A stretch of 63,011 bases of DNA from Chiloscyllium plagiosum (taxonomy: Eukaryota), in contig NC_057719.1 in assembly GCF_004010195.1 (NCBI RefSeq), forward strand, positions 6,548,546 to 6,611,556, in the 5' to 3' direction. This document shows positions 13,321 through 25,214 of this stretch, in pieces. The position numbers and the translations under genes were made by a program. Each line of letters starts with the position of its first letter. Within the stretch, counting starts at the first letter, position 1. Below the pieces are notes generated by a model. It was not told the DNA's origin. It was given only the letters and a program-made list of their open reading frames with translations, and made no database searches.

Positions 13321-13642
13321 TTAGATTAGATTAGATTCCCTACAGTATGGAAACAGGCCCTTCAGCCCAATAAGTCTACACTGATCCTCTGAAGAGTAAC
13401 CCACCCAGAGCCATTCCACTACCCTCCCCCGACTAATGCACCTTACACTATGGGCAATTTAGCATGGCCAAGTCACCTGACCTGCACATCTGTGGGAGAA
13501 AATCAGAGCACCCAGAACAAACCCACACAGACACTGGGAGAATGTGCAAACTCCACACCGACAGTCACCCGAGGTGGGAATCGAACCCGGGTCCCTGGCA
13601 CTGTGAGGCAGCAGTGCTAACCACCGAGCCACTGTGCCACCC
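13321..13642 (-). mobile_element. HE1-type V-SINE
   Basis: Full copy with (AATCT)n tail. Confidence 0.92.
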
Positions 13643-14194
13643 TACCAGATATTCAGTCCCCGCATCTGTGATGAAAAAATGGCTTCCCTATAAACCTAAA
13701 CAGAACTGATGGATTGATGCAGCCCATAATCTGAGACCGTTGACTGATGAACTGAATTGTTTTCAGTCACTTATCATTGTAACCCAGTACATCATTCAAA
13801 ACAGAGCAGGGAAAATCAATAGGAAGCATGCTCCCTTTTATTAAAAACCCTGACCTCAATTTAAGTGGCACCATTAAATGACTCCATCTTTTACACAATA
13901 TGAACATCCCATCGTTGGCTGCACTGAAATCTAAATTAAATCATTTCACTTCATTTAACACAATGCAGATACACTCTGAAGATTCACAATGTGACACCAG
14001 TACTCCGCCTCACAGGTAGTTAATAGCAGGGACACCTTTCTGGCATTTATTCTACAAGACTGATAAATGTTTAGGGAGCTCAGAAACAAAACTGCCTTTT
14101 AAATTGGGAAGTGTAGTATAGTGCTTAGGGTATGGAACTTGTCTCCAAAGATTGGACTGACAATTCAGAGGCAAAAGCCTCGATGGAGATCACT

Positions 14195-14370
14195 TGGCTC
14201 AGTTGGCTGGATAGTTGATTTATAATAGAGAACTACCAACAATGCAGGTTCAATTCCCACTTGGCTGAGGTTACTGTCAAAGTTCCTCGTTTTCAACCTC
14301 GCCCCATGTCTGAGGTGTGATAACTCTGGTTAAACTCACCACCCATCGTCTCTCTAATAAGTGAGCATCC
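14195..14370 (+). mobile_element. Additional tRNA-derived SINE family (second copy at 33118-33315)
   Basis: A-box tggctcagttgg, B-box ggttcaattccc, and a body shared with 33118-33315. Confidence 0.65.
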
Positions 14371-14414
14371 AATGTGAAAGGGCATGTTTTGCTGGAACGT
14401 AATGGTTGGGGTGG

Positions 14415-14825
14415 CACTTGCATCTCACAGCACCAGGGATCTGGGTTCATTCCAGCCTCGGGTGACTGCCTGTGTGGCATTTGCACATTCTCCCCGTGTC
14501 TGTGTGGGTTTCCTCCCACAGTCCAAGGATGTGCAGGTTAGGTGGATTGGCCATGGTAAATTGCCCATAGTGTCCAGGGATGTGCAGGCTGGTGCAGGAT
14601 GTCCAGGTGCTGCATGGGAAAATTCTGGATTAGTGGTGCTCGAAGAGCACAGCAGTTCAGGCAGCATCCAGGGAGCAGCGAAATCGACGTTTCGGGCAAA
14701 AGCCCTTCATGGGAAAATGGAGATTAAAGGGAGTGGGTCTGGGTGGGATGCTTTTGGAGGGTCAGTGTAGGCTTGATGGGCTGAAGGGCCTGCTTCAGCA
14801 TTGCAAAGGACTCTATTCTATTCTG
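14415..14825 (+). mobile_element. HE1-type V-SINE containing a PLE terminal-repeat insert
   Basis: HE1 body is split by the insert at 14624-14707. Confidence 0.85.
14624..14707 (-). mobile_element. Short Penelope-like terminal-repeat insertion with truncated hammerhead motif
   Basis: 11-bp TSD catgggaaaat at 14613-14623 and 14708-14718. Reverse complement reads gaagggcttttgcccgaaacgtcg. Confidence 0.8.
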
Positions 14826-15186
14826 TGTAAAGTCCAAATCACACCACAGCACTGGGGAATTTCAGTTCAATTGATAAAATATGTGGTATAAAAAGCTATT
14901 ATCAGTAATGTTAAAATGTTTTAAAAACCTACCTGGTTCACGAGGGGAGGAAAGCAGTTTTCCTCACTTGGCCTGACTGACAGGACTCCAGATGAGTTGT
15001 AATGTGGGTGACTCAGAGTGGCAATGGGCAGGGATTTTTTTTTTTCTTTATTCATTCATGGGATGGGGGCATCACTGGCTAGGCAGCATTTATTACCTAT
15101 CCCTAGTTGTCACATCCGTGCAGCCCCTTTGAGAGATCCAAGTGGTTCTGTGCCCCATCCCCTGATGGGTCTGCTAACATCAGCAT

Positions 15187-15392
15187 GAAGCAAAATCAGA
15201 AATTGCTGGAGAAGCTCAGCAGGTCTGGCAGCATCAGTGGAGGAGAAAGTGAGGACTGCGGATGCTGGAGACCAGAGTTGAAAAATGTGGTCGCTCCGAA
15301 AGCTAGTGCTTCCAATTAAACCTGTTGGACTATAACTTGGTGTTTTGTGATTTTTAACTTTGTACACCCCAGTCCAACACTGGCTCCTCCAT
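15187..15392. mobile_element. Composite of PLE terminal-repeat fragments from two families
   Basis: ggagaaagtgaggactgcggatgctgg joined to gctccgaaagctagtgcttcc...ccagtccaacac, both seen elsewhere in the window. Confidence 0.65.
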
Positions 15393-15869
15393 GACTGTTG
15401 TTAATAAATAATTTAAGGTGAAAACTTCATGCAACCACAGATTTCTTTGTGGGATTTACAGAATTGGCCAGGTACACCCTGCTTGATACTTGGGTGATTT
15501 TACGAACATGTTCTCAACTCACTGGTGAAATGGAAACACTGGTACAATTTACCTGAGTGCACGCACGCTGAGGGACAAATGAGCACTCACACTGCGCTGC
15601 AACAGCAAATTATAGTTCTTTGGTCTCGGATGACAAGGTCGGGATGCTCTCAGATCTCCTTCAGCTGTCAAATAGGAGTCCACACAACACTATTTCAGGA
15701 TAAGCACTTGTACAGGATGTAAATCCACAGGTTAATGGCTGATAAGACAGGAGGATGGGAGTTACTAAGATAGCAAATGTAAATCTCACATTGAAACATA
15801 AAAAACAGGAGCAGGAGAAGACTATTCGATGTGGGGAATAATCAAGCAGAAAATAATCAAGTAAGCCAA

Positions 15870-16775
15870 CAGATTGCTAAGGCTAATGGAAGACTGGTCT
15901 TTACATCTGGAGAACTGGAATATAAGGACAGAGAAGTTATGTTGCAGTTATACAAAACCTTGGTTACACCACACTTAGAAAGGTTAGGTTGGTCCTGGAG
16001 AAAATACAATGTAGTTTACAAGAATAATATCTGAACTTCAGGGGTTACATTATGAGAAGAGGTTATACAAATGTGTACCAGGGGGCATAACTACAAATTG
16101 AGGGATGATAGATTTAAGACAGACGTCAGAGGCAGGTTCATTATGCAGAATTGGTAAGGGTGTGGAATGCACTACCTGCTAATGTAGTCAACTCAGCTAC
16201 ATTAGGGAGATTTAAATAATCCTTAGATAAGCATATGGATGATTTTGGGATAGTGTAGGAGGACGAGCTGAGAATAGTTCACAGGTCGGCGCAACATCGA
16301 GGGCCGAAGGGCCTGTTCTGCGCTGTATTGTTCTATGTTCTAAATTAACTCGGAGAAAGTGAGAAAGGGCTGAAGAAAGGCTCATGCCCGAAACGTGGAT
16401 TCTCCTGCTCCTTGGATGCTGCCTGACCTGCTGCGCTTTTCCAGCAACACATTTTCAGCTATGTTCTAAATTAAGCTTTTTTCCCCTCTAATTTAGAAGG
16501 TTAAGAGTGATCTGATTGAAGTCTTCAAGTTAATAACAGGAAAAGACAGGATAGATAAAGATTAACTATTTCCACTGGTTAAAGATTCTAGAACCATGGG
16601 GCATAGTCTGAGAATTAGAGCCAGACCGCTCAGGAGAGATGTTTGGAAGCACTTCCACACACAAAGGGTGGGAGAGGTTTGGAACCCTCCTCCACAAACA
16701 GCAGTTGATGCTGAATCAGTTGCTAATGTTAAATCTGAGATAGACAAGTTTTTGTTAAGCAAAGACATTAAGGGG
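15870..16775 (+). mobile_element. Nested CR1 3' fragments
   Basis: EVMLQLYKTLVTPHLE, an inserted 3' end at 16078-16340, then GHSLRIRARP. Confidence 0.8.
16349..16458 (+). mobile_element. Short PLE terminal-repeat insertion with degenerate hammerhead motif
   Basis: 16-bp TSD ctatgttctaaattaa at 16333-16348 and 16459-16474, and ctgaaga...gcccgaaac at 16370-16394. Confidence 0.82.
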
Positions 16776-17075
16776 TAGCACAGTGGCCGAGTGGTTAGCA
16801 CTGCTGCCTCACAGCGCCAGGGACCTGGGTTCAATTCCAGCCTCAGGCAACTGTCTGTGTGGAGTTCGTACACTCTCCTCGTGTCTGCGTGGGTTTCCTC
16901 CGGGTGCTCTGGTTTCCTCTCGCAATCCAAAGATGTGCAGGCCAGGTGAATTGGCCATGTTAAATTGCCCACAGTGTTCAGGAATGTGTAGATTAGGTGC
17001 AGTGTCAGGGGTAAATATAGGATAATAGGGTAGGGGAATGGGTCTGGGTGGGTTACCCTTCGGAGGGTCGGCGTG
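16774..17075 (+). mobile_element. HE1-type V-SINE
   Basis: Typical head and V-domain. Confidence 0.9.
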
Positions 17076-17214
17076 CAAAATTGGGAGAGAGAGAGAGATG
17101 GAGAGAAAGAGAAAGAAAGGAAGACATTTTTCATTGCTGGAAGCTTCTAGGAAAGGGAGACATCACCTTAAAATCAGAGTCAGTCCATTCAGGAGAGAAA
17201 TTAGGAAGCATCGA

Positions 17215-17522
17215 GGTGGCACGGTGGCGCAGTGGTTAGCACTGCTGCCTCAGCGCCAGGAACCCGGGTTCAATTCCCACCTCGGGCAACTGTCTGTGTG
17301 GAGTTTGCACTTTCTCCCTGTGTCTGCGTGGGCTTCCTCCGGGTGCTCCGGTTTCCTCCCACAGTCCAAAGATGTGCAGGTCAGGTGAATTGGCCGTGCT
17401 AAATTGCCCGTAGTGTTAGGTGCATTAGTCAGGGGGGAATGGGTCTGGGTAGGTCGCTCTTTGGAGGATTGGTGTGGACTTGTTGGGCCGAAGGGCCTGT
17501 TTCCACACTGTAGGGAATCTAA
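17215..17522 (+). mobile_element. HE1-type V-SINE
   Basis: Full copy. Confidence 0.92.
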
Positions 17523-17879
17523 CTTACCTACACACAGGGTAGGAGGAGTGAAGAACTCTGTTCCACAAAAGGCAACATATTGGTTAAAGTAATTATTTTA
17601 AATCTGAGATTGATACATCTTTGTCTCACAAGAGTCTAGAAGAACACAGAGCCAAGTGAGGTGGTTGGAGTTAAGATGCCAATTAATTATTCCGTAATTG
17701 AATAATGTCACAGGTACAAGAGGCTGAATGAGCCGATTTCTGCTCCTGTCTCTGAGAGTCAAATTGGATGTGAGGACACTGTCAGAAGAACCTAGCTGAT
17801 TTGTACAAATGATATTAGACACTACACAATTTATTCTGAATTAACCTCCAGTGTTAATCCTGATCTGACACTCCCCGAC

Positions 17880-19100
17880 AGAAGGATAACAAGGGAGGTG
17901 TCTCATGATGGTGGAAATGGCAGCTAATGATCCTCTGGATGTGGATGCTGGTGGGATGGTGGGTGAGGACAAAGGGGACCCTACTGCTGTTGTGGGAAGG
18001 AATAGAGTGGGTGAGGGTGAAGTGCGCGAGATGGACTGGACCTGGCTGAGGGCCCTGTCAATTACAGTGCTGGGGAAGCCTCAGTTAAGGAAGAAGGTGG
18101 AGATTTCAGAGGCCCCTCTATCGAAGTTCTGACATAATCAGAACAGAGGTGATGGAGACAGAGGAACTGGGAGAATGGAATAGAGTCTTTACAGAAAGCA
18201 GGGTGTGAGCATGTATAATCGAGGTGCCTGTAGGTGTTGGTAGTTTGTGATGGAGGTTGGTGGTGAGCCTTAGCCCAGAAATGGAAACAAGAGTCGAGGA
18301 AGGGATGGGAGGAGTCAGAGATGGACCAGGTGAAGGTGAAAGCGGGGTGGAAATTAGAAACAAAATAGATAAACTTTTTCAATTCCCCCCTCTTCACTAC
18401 CAAAGGTCCCAAGCGCAGCTTCCAGGGGAAGTAGAACTTTACTTGCACTCACTACTCACAACGTGATCTCCTCAACCCTGGGGCAACGAAGCATAATCTG
18501 GGTGACCCCTTTGCAGAAACTGATGTTCTGCCTGCAAAAATGACCCTGAGCTTATAGTTGGCTGCCGCTCCAACACAGCACCCTGTTCCCCGGCCATCTC
18601 AGTCTTGGGCTTGCTGCAGTGCTCCAGTGAACTTCAGTGCAAGCTGGAAGAACAGCACCTCATTTTCCGCTTGGGGACCCTGCAGCCTCCCAAACTCAAT
18701 ATCGAGTTTAACAATTGTAGGGCTTGAGACATCTTTCCCCATGCACCAGGCCTCGATATCACACAGGCTGCTAACCACACGCTACCTACTGTCAGTCTCC
18801 AATAGTCCCCATTAGCAGCTATTCATTCCGCAAGACAGACCTTTAACCACTCCTATCTCCGTCCAACTGTTTTCCTCTCTCTTTGGGCTCTACCTCCACT
18901 TCGCATTTACTCTCACCTCCAACCTTATCTTCTGCATTAAACAAAAACATCCTTTTCTTAGCTACCACCTGAGGGTCATTGAACAGGAACATTAACTATG
19001 ATTTCTTTCCACAAATGTTTCCAGACCTGCTGAGATTTTCAAACAGTTTCTGTTTTTGTTTCGGATTTTCAGCATCTGCAGTTTTTTCAGTTCTTTTTTT
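17880..19100. mobile_element. Degenerate Penelope-like element with 5' inversion (RT C-terminus on -, GIY-YIG and terminal repeat on +)
   Basis: Minus strand FTWSISDSSHPFLD...LDYTCSHPAFCKDSIPFSQFL. Plus strand QGPKRSFQ...WKNSTSFSAWGPCS region and a terminal ccagacctgctgag...cagcatctgcag. Confidence 0.8.
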
Positions 19101-19595
19101 GTCCTGCATTTCAATAGATTCTGTCCAACAGAGGGAAATTTGACAGACACTTCAATCATGCTTTCACAGAAACAAAACGTGCTGATGCAATTTAGATTAT
19201 TATGAATGCACATTCATTCACTGCAGAAGGCTATTGGGGATTACAGTTTATTAATTCAATTGCCTGCTTCTGGTAATCTCATAAACAGAAGCAGAAAGTT
19301 CAAGGCATTTCTGAGCATCGACATATTTCAGGAAGTCTGGGCTGCATTGCCAATTTATCCGCACTCCCTGATTCTTTTCCCAGGGAGCTGTAACCATCTC
19401 CCCCCCCTCCCTGATCCTACCTGATAACTCCCTCGAGGAGTTATCAAATTTCCATCTGAAAATCATTTCCCAACTCGCTGCTGCCACCCTTTCATGGCCA
19501 CTGCATCCAGGAACAAACCTGGTCATATCAAACCCCCTAAAACCTGCTCAAGGAAACACTCACACTAACATCTGTGGGCACCCAGGGATAGATCA

Positions 19596-19935
19596 GCTGC
19601 ACGGTGGCTCAGTGGTTAGCACCGCTGCCTCACAGCGCCAGGGACCTGGGTTCAATTCTGCCTCGGGCGACTGTCTGTGTGGAGTTTGCACTTTCTCCCT
19701 GTGGCTGCATGGGTTTCCTCCGGGTGCTCTGGTTTCCTCCCACAGTCCGAAGATGTGCAGGTCAGGTGAATTGGCCATGCTGAATTTCCCTGTAGTGTGC
19801 AGGTGTGTGTAGGCTAGGTGGATTAGCCATGGTTCATGCAGGCTTATGGAGATAGGATGGGTGGGATACTCTTCGGAGGGATGGTGTGCACCTGATGGGC
19901 CAAATGGCCTGCTCCCACACTGTAGGGATTCTATA
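19596..19935 (+). mobile_element. HE1-type V-SINE
   Basis: Full copy. Confidence 0.9.
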
Positions 19936-20169
19936 AAATGCTGGGAATCGTATACTACTGAATCCTACCATCCAAGACTAAATTGCTATTGGATTACCAT
20001 ACGAAAAGGAAGAACATGTCGGGGGGAATGGGTGAGTGGCACTTGGGTTGTTCAATCAGAGACCCACCACAGCCATGATGGGAGGAATGGCTCCCTTTTG
20101 TTGATACAACTATTCTGTGATCCTGTGAACAGATAAAAACTTAATCAAGCACCAGTTTTGTGCTCAAAA

Positions 20170-20712
20170 GGTGACTATATCCAATATAATTGGATATTGG
20201 AAATCTGCACAAGGGAAGCCTTTTGCAGAGCATTTCAGGGAACATCCCTGGGACACATGCACCAAACAGCCCCACCGCCTTGTGGCCAATTACATCAACT
20301 CCCTCTCCCACTCCATCAAGGACATGCAAGTCCTGGGCCTACTCCACCGCTAAATCCAAGCCACCCGCCAACTGGAGGAAGAACGCCTCGGGTTCCTCCA
20401 ACCACACGGGATCAATGTGGATTTCACTAGTTTTCGAATCTCCCTTCCCCCACCTCATCCCAGATCCAACCCTCCAACTTGGCATCGCCCTCTTGAACTG
20501 TCCTACCTGTCCATCTTCCTTCCCACCCATCTCCTTTTCCCTCCCCAATGACCAATCTCAATCACCCCCGATCTACCTATCATATTCCTATTGAAGGGCG
20601 TATGCCCGAAACATCGCTTTCCCTGCTCCTCAGATGCTGCCTGACCTGTTGTGCTTTTCCAGCACCACACTCTCAATTCTGATCTCCAGCATCTGTAGTC
20701 CTCACTTTCTCT
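20170..20712 (+). mobile_element. Penelope-like element 3' fragment (GIY-YIG end plus terminal repeat)
   Basis: AEHFREHPWDT...NYINSLSHSIKDMQVLGLLHR, then gaagggcgtatgcccgaaac and the terminal repeat. Confidence 0.85.
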
Positions 20713-20734
20713 CACATGGTGAAGGACAGCCAAT

Positions 20735-21036
20735 GATGGAAATGTGTTGCTGGAAAAGCACAGCAGGTCAGGCAGCATCTAGGGAACAGGAGAATCGACG
20801 TTTTGGGCATTAGCCCTTCTTCAGGAATGAGGAAAGTTGGTCCAGCAGGCTAAGATAAAAGATGCTCCCTATCTTTTATCTTAGCCTGCTGGACCAACTT
20901 TCCTCATTCCTGAAGAAGGGCTAATGCCCGAAACGTCGATTCTCCTGTTCCCTAGATGTTGCCTGACCTGCTGCGCTTTTCCAGCAACACATTTCCATCT
21001 CTGATCTCCAGCATCTGTAGACCTCACTTTCTCCTC
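20735..21036. mobile_element. Palindromic PLE terminal-repeat insertion (129-bp arms)
   Basis: Arms 20735-20863 and 20871-20999, with 14-bp TSD gaaggacagccaat at 20721-20734 and 21037-21050. Confidence 0.9.
20906..20941 (+). ncRNA. Minimal type I hammerhead ribozyme motif (PLE type)
   Basis: CUGAAGA (20910-16), stem II GGGC-UAAU-GCCC, GAAAC, then GUC cleavage triplet (20935-37). Helix III is the palindromic ACGU. Stem I is weak. Confidence 0.7.
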
Positions 21037-21059
21037 GAAGGACAGCCAATCCCAAACAT

Positions 21060-21265
21060 AGAGAAAGGAGGGAGAGAGGGAGAGTCAGAGAGACTGAGGA
21101 GAGAGAGAGAGAGACAGAGAGAGAGAAAGAGAGACAGACCAAGAGAGACACAGAGTCAGAGACAGAGAGAGAGATGGGCAGCGAGAGAGAGAGAGAGAGA
21201 GCACGAGAAACAGTCAGAGTGAGAGGGAGAGAGGGACAGAAAGGGAGAGAGGGACAGAGAGGGAG
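21060..21265 (+). repeat. GA-rich simple repeat
   Basis: (GA)n / (GAGACA)n tract. Confidence 0.95.
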
Positions 21266-21879
21266 GGGTGAATAGGATGAAAACAAAAAGGGCAGGTGGG
21301 CTTAAGAAAGGAAATGAAGGGATAGCAAGACCGAGAGGGTAAATGGAGAGATAAAGTGGATAAAGTAACAAATGGGCTGAGAGAGGAATATTAATACGGA
21401 GAAGGGAAATAGTCACACACAGCAGGAAGGAGCTGGCTGAGAGAAATCCTCCTATTAACAACTTGGAATTCAATTCCACAACTGGCAGCCCTTTATTCAC
21501 AGCAAATGGATTACTCAAAGGTCAAGAGCATCACTTAACCTCCTTCCCACCACAATTATCCTTCCTCCCAACAGGGAAGGTGCTTTTCTCCCTCTGTCCC
21601 AACAGGAGCTTCTGAACTAAAACATAGCCTGTACTTTTAATTAGGCGTTACTCCATCATTCCAAAGAGACACAGCACTCAGCACTGTTCAGGAGCCATCA
21701 CACATTCTGACATTCAATTTCTTTCCTGAAGAGAACTGGTGCTTATATTTTAAGTGGTCACTGATTTTTCAAGTGAGCTAACTGAATGTATACTGACTGT
21801 GGTGTAAGTTCTACCAAACAAATGCCCCAAAACTGGCTGCATGTTAAATTAATGGCCTTTGTAACAGATTCGCAGACCT

Positions 21880-22155
21880 ACAACAGTGCAGCCTTCAATC
21901 ATCTAAGGAACAGAGAGTGTGATGACAAGGACCTCAAACCTGGCACTAAGACCATAGAGTACATGGCTGTAGTGTTACCTCCTTTCTGTTTGCATCAGAT
22001 ACAGACAATGTACAGGAGACACATCAAATACTCAGAGAAACATCACCAGCAATAGCTTCACAAAATTCTGCAAATCCTCTGGCAGGAACATTGCTCCAAA
22101 ACTAGGGTCCATTCAACGAGCCACTGCTCACAGCATTGAGGAACTAGTTACAATC
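21880..22155 (+). mobile_element. RTE-clade LINE fragment
   Basis: DKDLKPGTK...AVVLP...MYRRHIK..EKHHQ..LHKILQI.WQ resembles the RTE RT C-terminus. Confidence 0.6.
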
Positions 22156-22159
22156 CGGA

Positions 22160-23776
22160 CTCTGGTTATTGCGTACCCCGGATACTGTCAGTACCCTGGT
22201 TACTGTCAATCCCCTGGTTACTGTCAATCCCCTGGTTACTGTCAATCCCCTGGTTACTGTGCGTACAGCATTGAGGTACTAGTTACAATCTGGTTATTGC
22301 ATACCCCTGTGACTGTTCCGTACTCTGGTTACTGTCCGAACCCTGTTCCCCGGTTGCTGTCAGTACCCTGGTTCCTGTCCGTACCCAGGTTACTGTCCGT
22401 ACCCTGGTTCCTGTCTGTGCCTCGGTTACTGTCTGTACCCTGGTTACTGTCAGTACTCTGGTTACTATCCCTACCCTGGTTCCTGTCTGTGCCTCGGTTA
22501 CTGTCCGTACCCTGGTTTCTGTCCGTACCCTGGTTCCTGTCCGTACCCTGGTTACTGTCAGTACCCTGGTTACTGTCCGTACCCTGGTTACTGTCCGTAC
22601 CCTGGTTACTGTCCGTACCCTGGTTACTATTCCTATCCTGGTTCCTGTCTGTGCCTCGGTTACTGTCCGTACCCTGGTTCCTGTCCGTACCCTGGTTCCT
22701 GTCCGTACCCTGGTTACTGTCAGTACCCTGGTTACTGTCAGTACCCTGGTTACTGTCAGTACTCTGGTTATTGTCCGTACTTTGATTCCTGTCCATACTT
22801 TGGTTCCTGTCCGTACTTTGGTTCCTGTCCATACTTTGATTCCTGTCCGTACCCTGGGAAGGGCTTATGCCCGAAACGTCGATTGTTACTGTCCGTACCC
22901 TGGTTCCTGTCTGTGCCCTGGTTACTGTCCGTACTTTGATTCCTGTCCATACTTTGGTTCCTGTCCGTACCCTGGGAAGGGCTTATGCCCGAAACGTCGA
23001 TTCTCCTGTTCCCTGGATGCTGCCTGACCTGCTGCGCTTTTCCAGCAACACATTTTCAGTACTGTCCGTACCCTGGTTACTGTCCATATCCTGGTTACTG
23101 TCCGTACCCTGGTTACTGTCCGTACCCTGGTTCCTGTCTGTGCCCTGGTTACTGTCAGTACCCTGGTTATTGTCCGTACTTTGGTTCCTGTCCGTACCCT
23201 GGTTACTGTCCGTACCCTGGTTACTGTCCATATCCTGGTTACTGTCCATATCCTGGTTACTGTCTGTACCTTGGTTACTGTCCATACCCTGGTTACTGTC
23301 TGTTCCCCAGTTACTGTCCCTACCCTGGTTACTGTCTGTGCCCTGGTTACTGTCAGTACTCTGGTTACTGTCCGTACCCTGGTTACTGTCCGTACCCAGG
23401 TTACTGTCCGTACCCTGGTTACAGTCTGTACCCTGGTTACTATCCGTACCCCGGTTACTGTCTGTGCCCCGGTTACTGTCCCTACCCTGGTTACTGTCTG
23501 TACCTTGGTTCCTGTCCATACCCTGGTTACTGTCTGTACCTTGGTTCCTGTACATACCCTGGTTACTGTCTGTACCTTGGTTCCTGTCCATACCCTGGTT
23601 ACTGTCTGTTCCCCAGTTACTGTCCCTACCCTGGTTACTGTCTGTACCTTGGTTACTGTCTGTGCCCCGGTTACTGTCAATACTCTGGTTACTGTCAGCA
23701 CCCCGGTGACTGTCCGTACTCCGGTTACTGTCAGTGCCCTGGTTACAGTCAGTACGCTAGTTACTGTCAGTACTCT
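22160..23776 (+). repeat. 18-bp minisatellite (consensus CCGTACCCTGGTTACTGT), roughly 80 units
   Basis: Directly visible, and it produces 6-aa periodic ORFs (YPGYCP, SVPWLL, VRTLVT, TDSNQG). Confidence 0.97.
22976..23059 (+). mobile_element. PLE terminal-repeat fragment inside the minisatellite (partial copy at 22858-22884)
   Basis: gaagggcttatgcccgaaacgtcgattctcctg...cacattttcag, nearly identical to 33953-34034. Confidence 0.88.
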
Positions 23777-23779
23777 ACA

Positions 23780-24740
23780 TCTGTCTGTAAATTCCTTGTG
23801 TCTTCTTCACAACATACTTTCTATTTTGGTGTCATCTGCAAATTTAGAGACCATGCCTTCACTCTCCTTATCTAAGTTATTGACATAAATTGTAAGAAGT
23901 TGAGCTCCCAACACACAACCCTGCCAGACCTATCACATTGTGCCAATCAGAAAGATCCATTTACATATACTCTCAGTTTTCCATTAGCCAGCCAATCTTC
24001 TATCCTAGTTGCGTTATGTCTACCTATAGCATATAGACTGCAGCAATTTTGAGAAGGCGGTTCACCACCATCTTCTCAAGGGCAACTAGGGACAGGAGAC
24101 AAATGCTGACCCAGCCAATGGCACCCACATCCCTGAGTGAATAAAAATGAAGCTAAGATGTTACCCTCTAAACCGAATTTTTACCTTCTGCAATAACCTT
24201 TGATTGACACCTTAAATTCAAACATATTACATCAATAAACTCCTCTTTATCCACAGTGCATGTTAACTGTACAAAAAACTCCAATAAATTGGTTAAACAT
24301 GATTCCCCTTTCACAAAACCAGACTGATACTTCTCGATTGCCTTGCGTTTCTCTGAGGATGCAGCTATAGTCTCTTTAATGATCATTCTAATGTCTCTCT
24401 AAGACAGATATAAAGCTAACGGGCCTATAGTTTCCTGACAGACCTGCTCAGCACCTCCGCCATTCACAATGCTCATTTCAGGTTTCCCGTATCTATAGTA
24501 TTTCCCACTTATTATAATTTCCTGTAAGATAATCCCTCTTTATTATAGTTTCTTGTTAACGTTACTTTCCAGTCTGATGGAAGCTACTCAGAATCCAGCA
24601 CATTTTGGAAATTAACACCAATGTATCTACTAGCTCATTAACCACCTCTCTGTAAGACCCCAAGGGTGAAGTCCATCTGAACCCAGAGACTTATCAACCC
24701 TGCAGACCAGCAGTCTGCTTAGAACCACTTCCCTCATGAT
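23780..24740 (-). mobile_element. Old CR1 RT fragment with nested pieces
   Basis: QSGFVKGESCLTNLLEFF, and the reverse complement at about 23825-23845 reads SKFADDTK. Confidence 0.75.
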
Positions 24741-24794
24741 TGTAATTGCACTCAATCACAGTGTGGGAGTAGGCCATTCAGCCTATCGAGTCTA

Positions 24795-25035
24795 CTTTGA
24801 CCCTTGGAAGAGCATGTCACCCAGACCCTCCCTATCCCTGTACTTCCCTATGGCTATTCCACCTAACCTGCACATTTCTGGACTATAGGAGGAAACCAAA
24901 ACACCCAGAGGAAACCCACGCAGACACAGGAAGAATGTACAAACTCCATACAGACAGTTGCCCAAGGCTGGAATCGAACCTGAGTCCCTGGCACTGTGAG
25001 GCAGCAGTGCTAACCACTGAGCCACTGTAACACCC
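24795..25035 (-). mobile_element. HE1-type V-SINE
   Basis: Typical head and V-domain. Confidence 0.88.
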
Positions 25036-25214
25036 GTCCATGCCTTACAATTCCTGGTTTACAGCTATTGCTGGAATATTCTTTGTATCCTTTACAGTGA
25101 AGATAAGCAAATTACATGTTCAGTTCATCTCCCACTTCATGGGGTTTCCAACTGTAGGAACACACCATTGCAACTGCAGTGCATAGCAACTGCAGAAGAC
25201 AACAAGCCCCAAAT

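Noticed and set aside
17215..17290. tRNA genes at HE1 heads
   Set aside because: The A/B boxes belong to SINE heads followed by V-domain bodies, and none is a stand-alone tRNA.
20921..21286. Ser/Leu- or Arg/Glu-rich ORFs
   Set aside because: They are translations of the GA microsatellite plus the PLE repeat.
22160..23776. CRISPR-like array
   Set aside because: Units are contiguous with no unique spacers, the context is a vertebrate intron, and there are no cas genes.
22297..23888. Long repetitive ORFs (160-296 aa) on both strands
   Set aside because: They are a by-product of an 18-bp unit lacking stops. There is no unique domain or splice support, the region is intronic, and a PLE fragment interrupts it.
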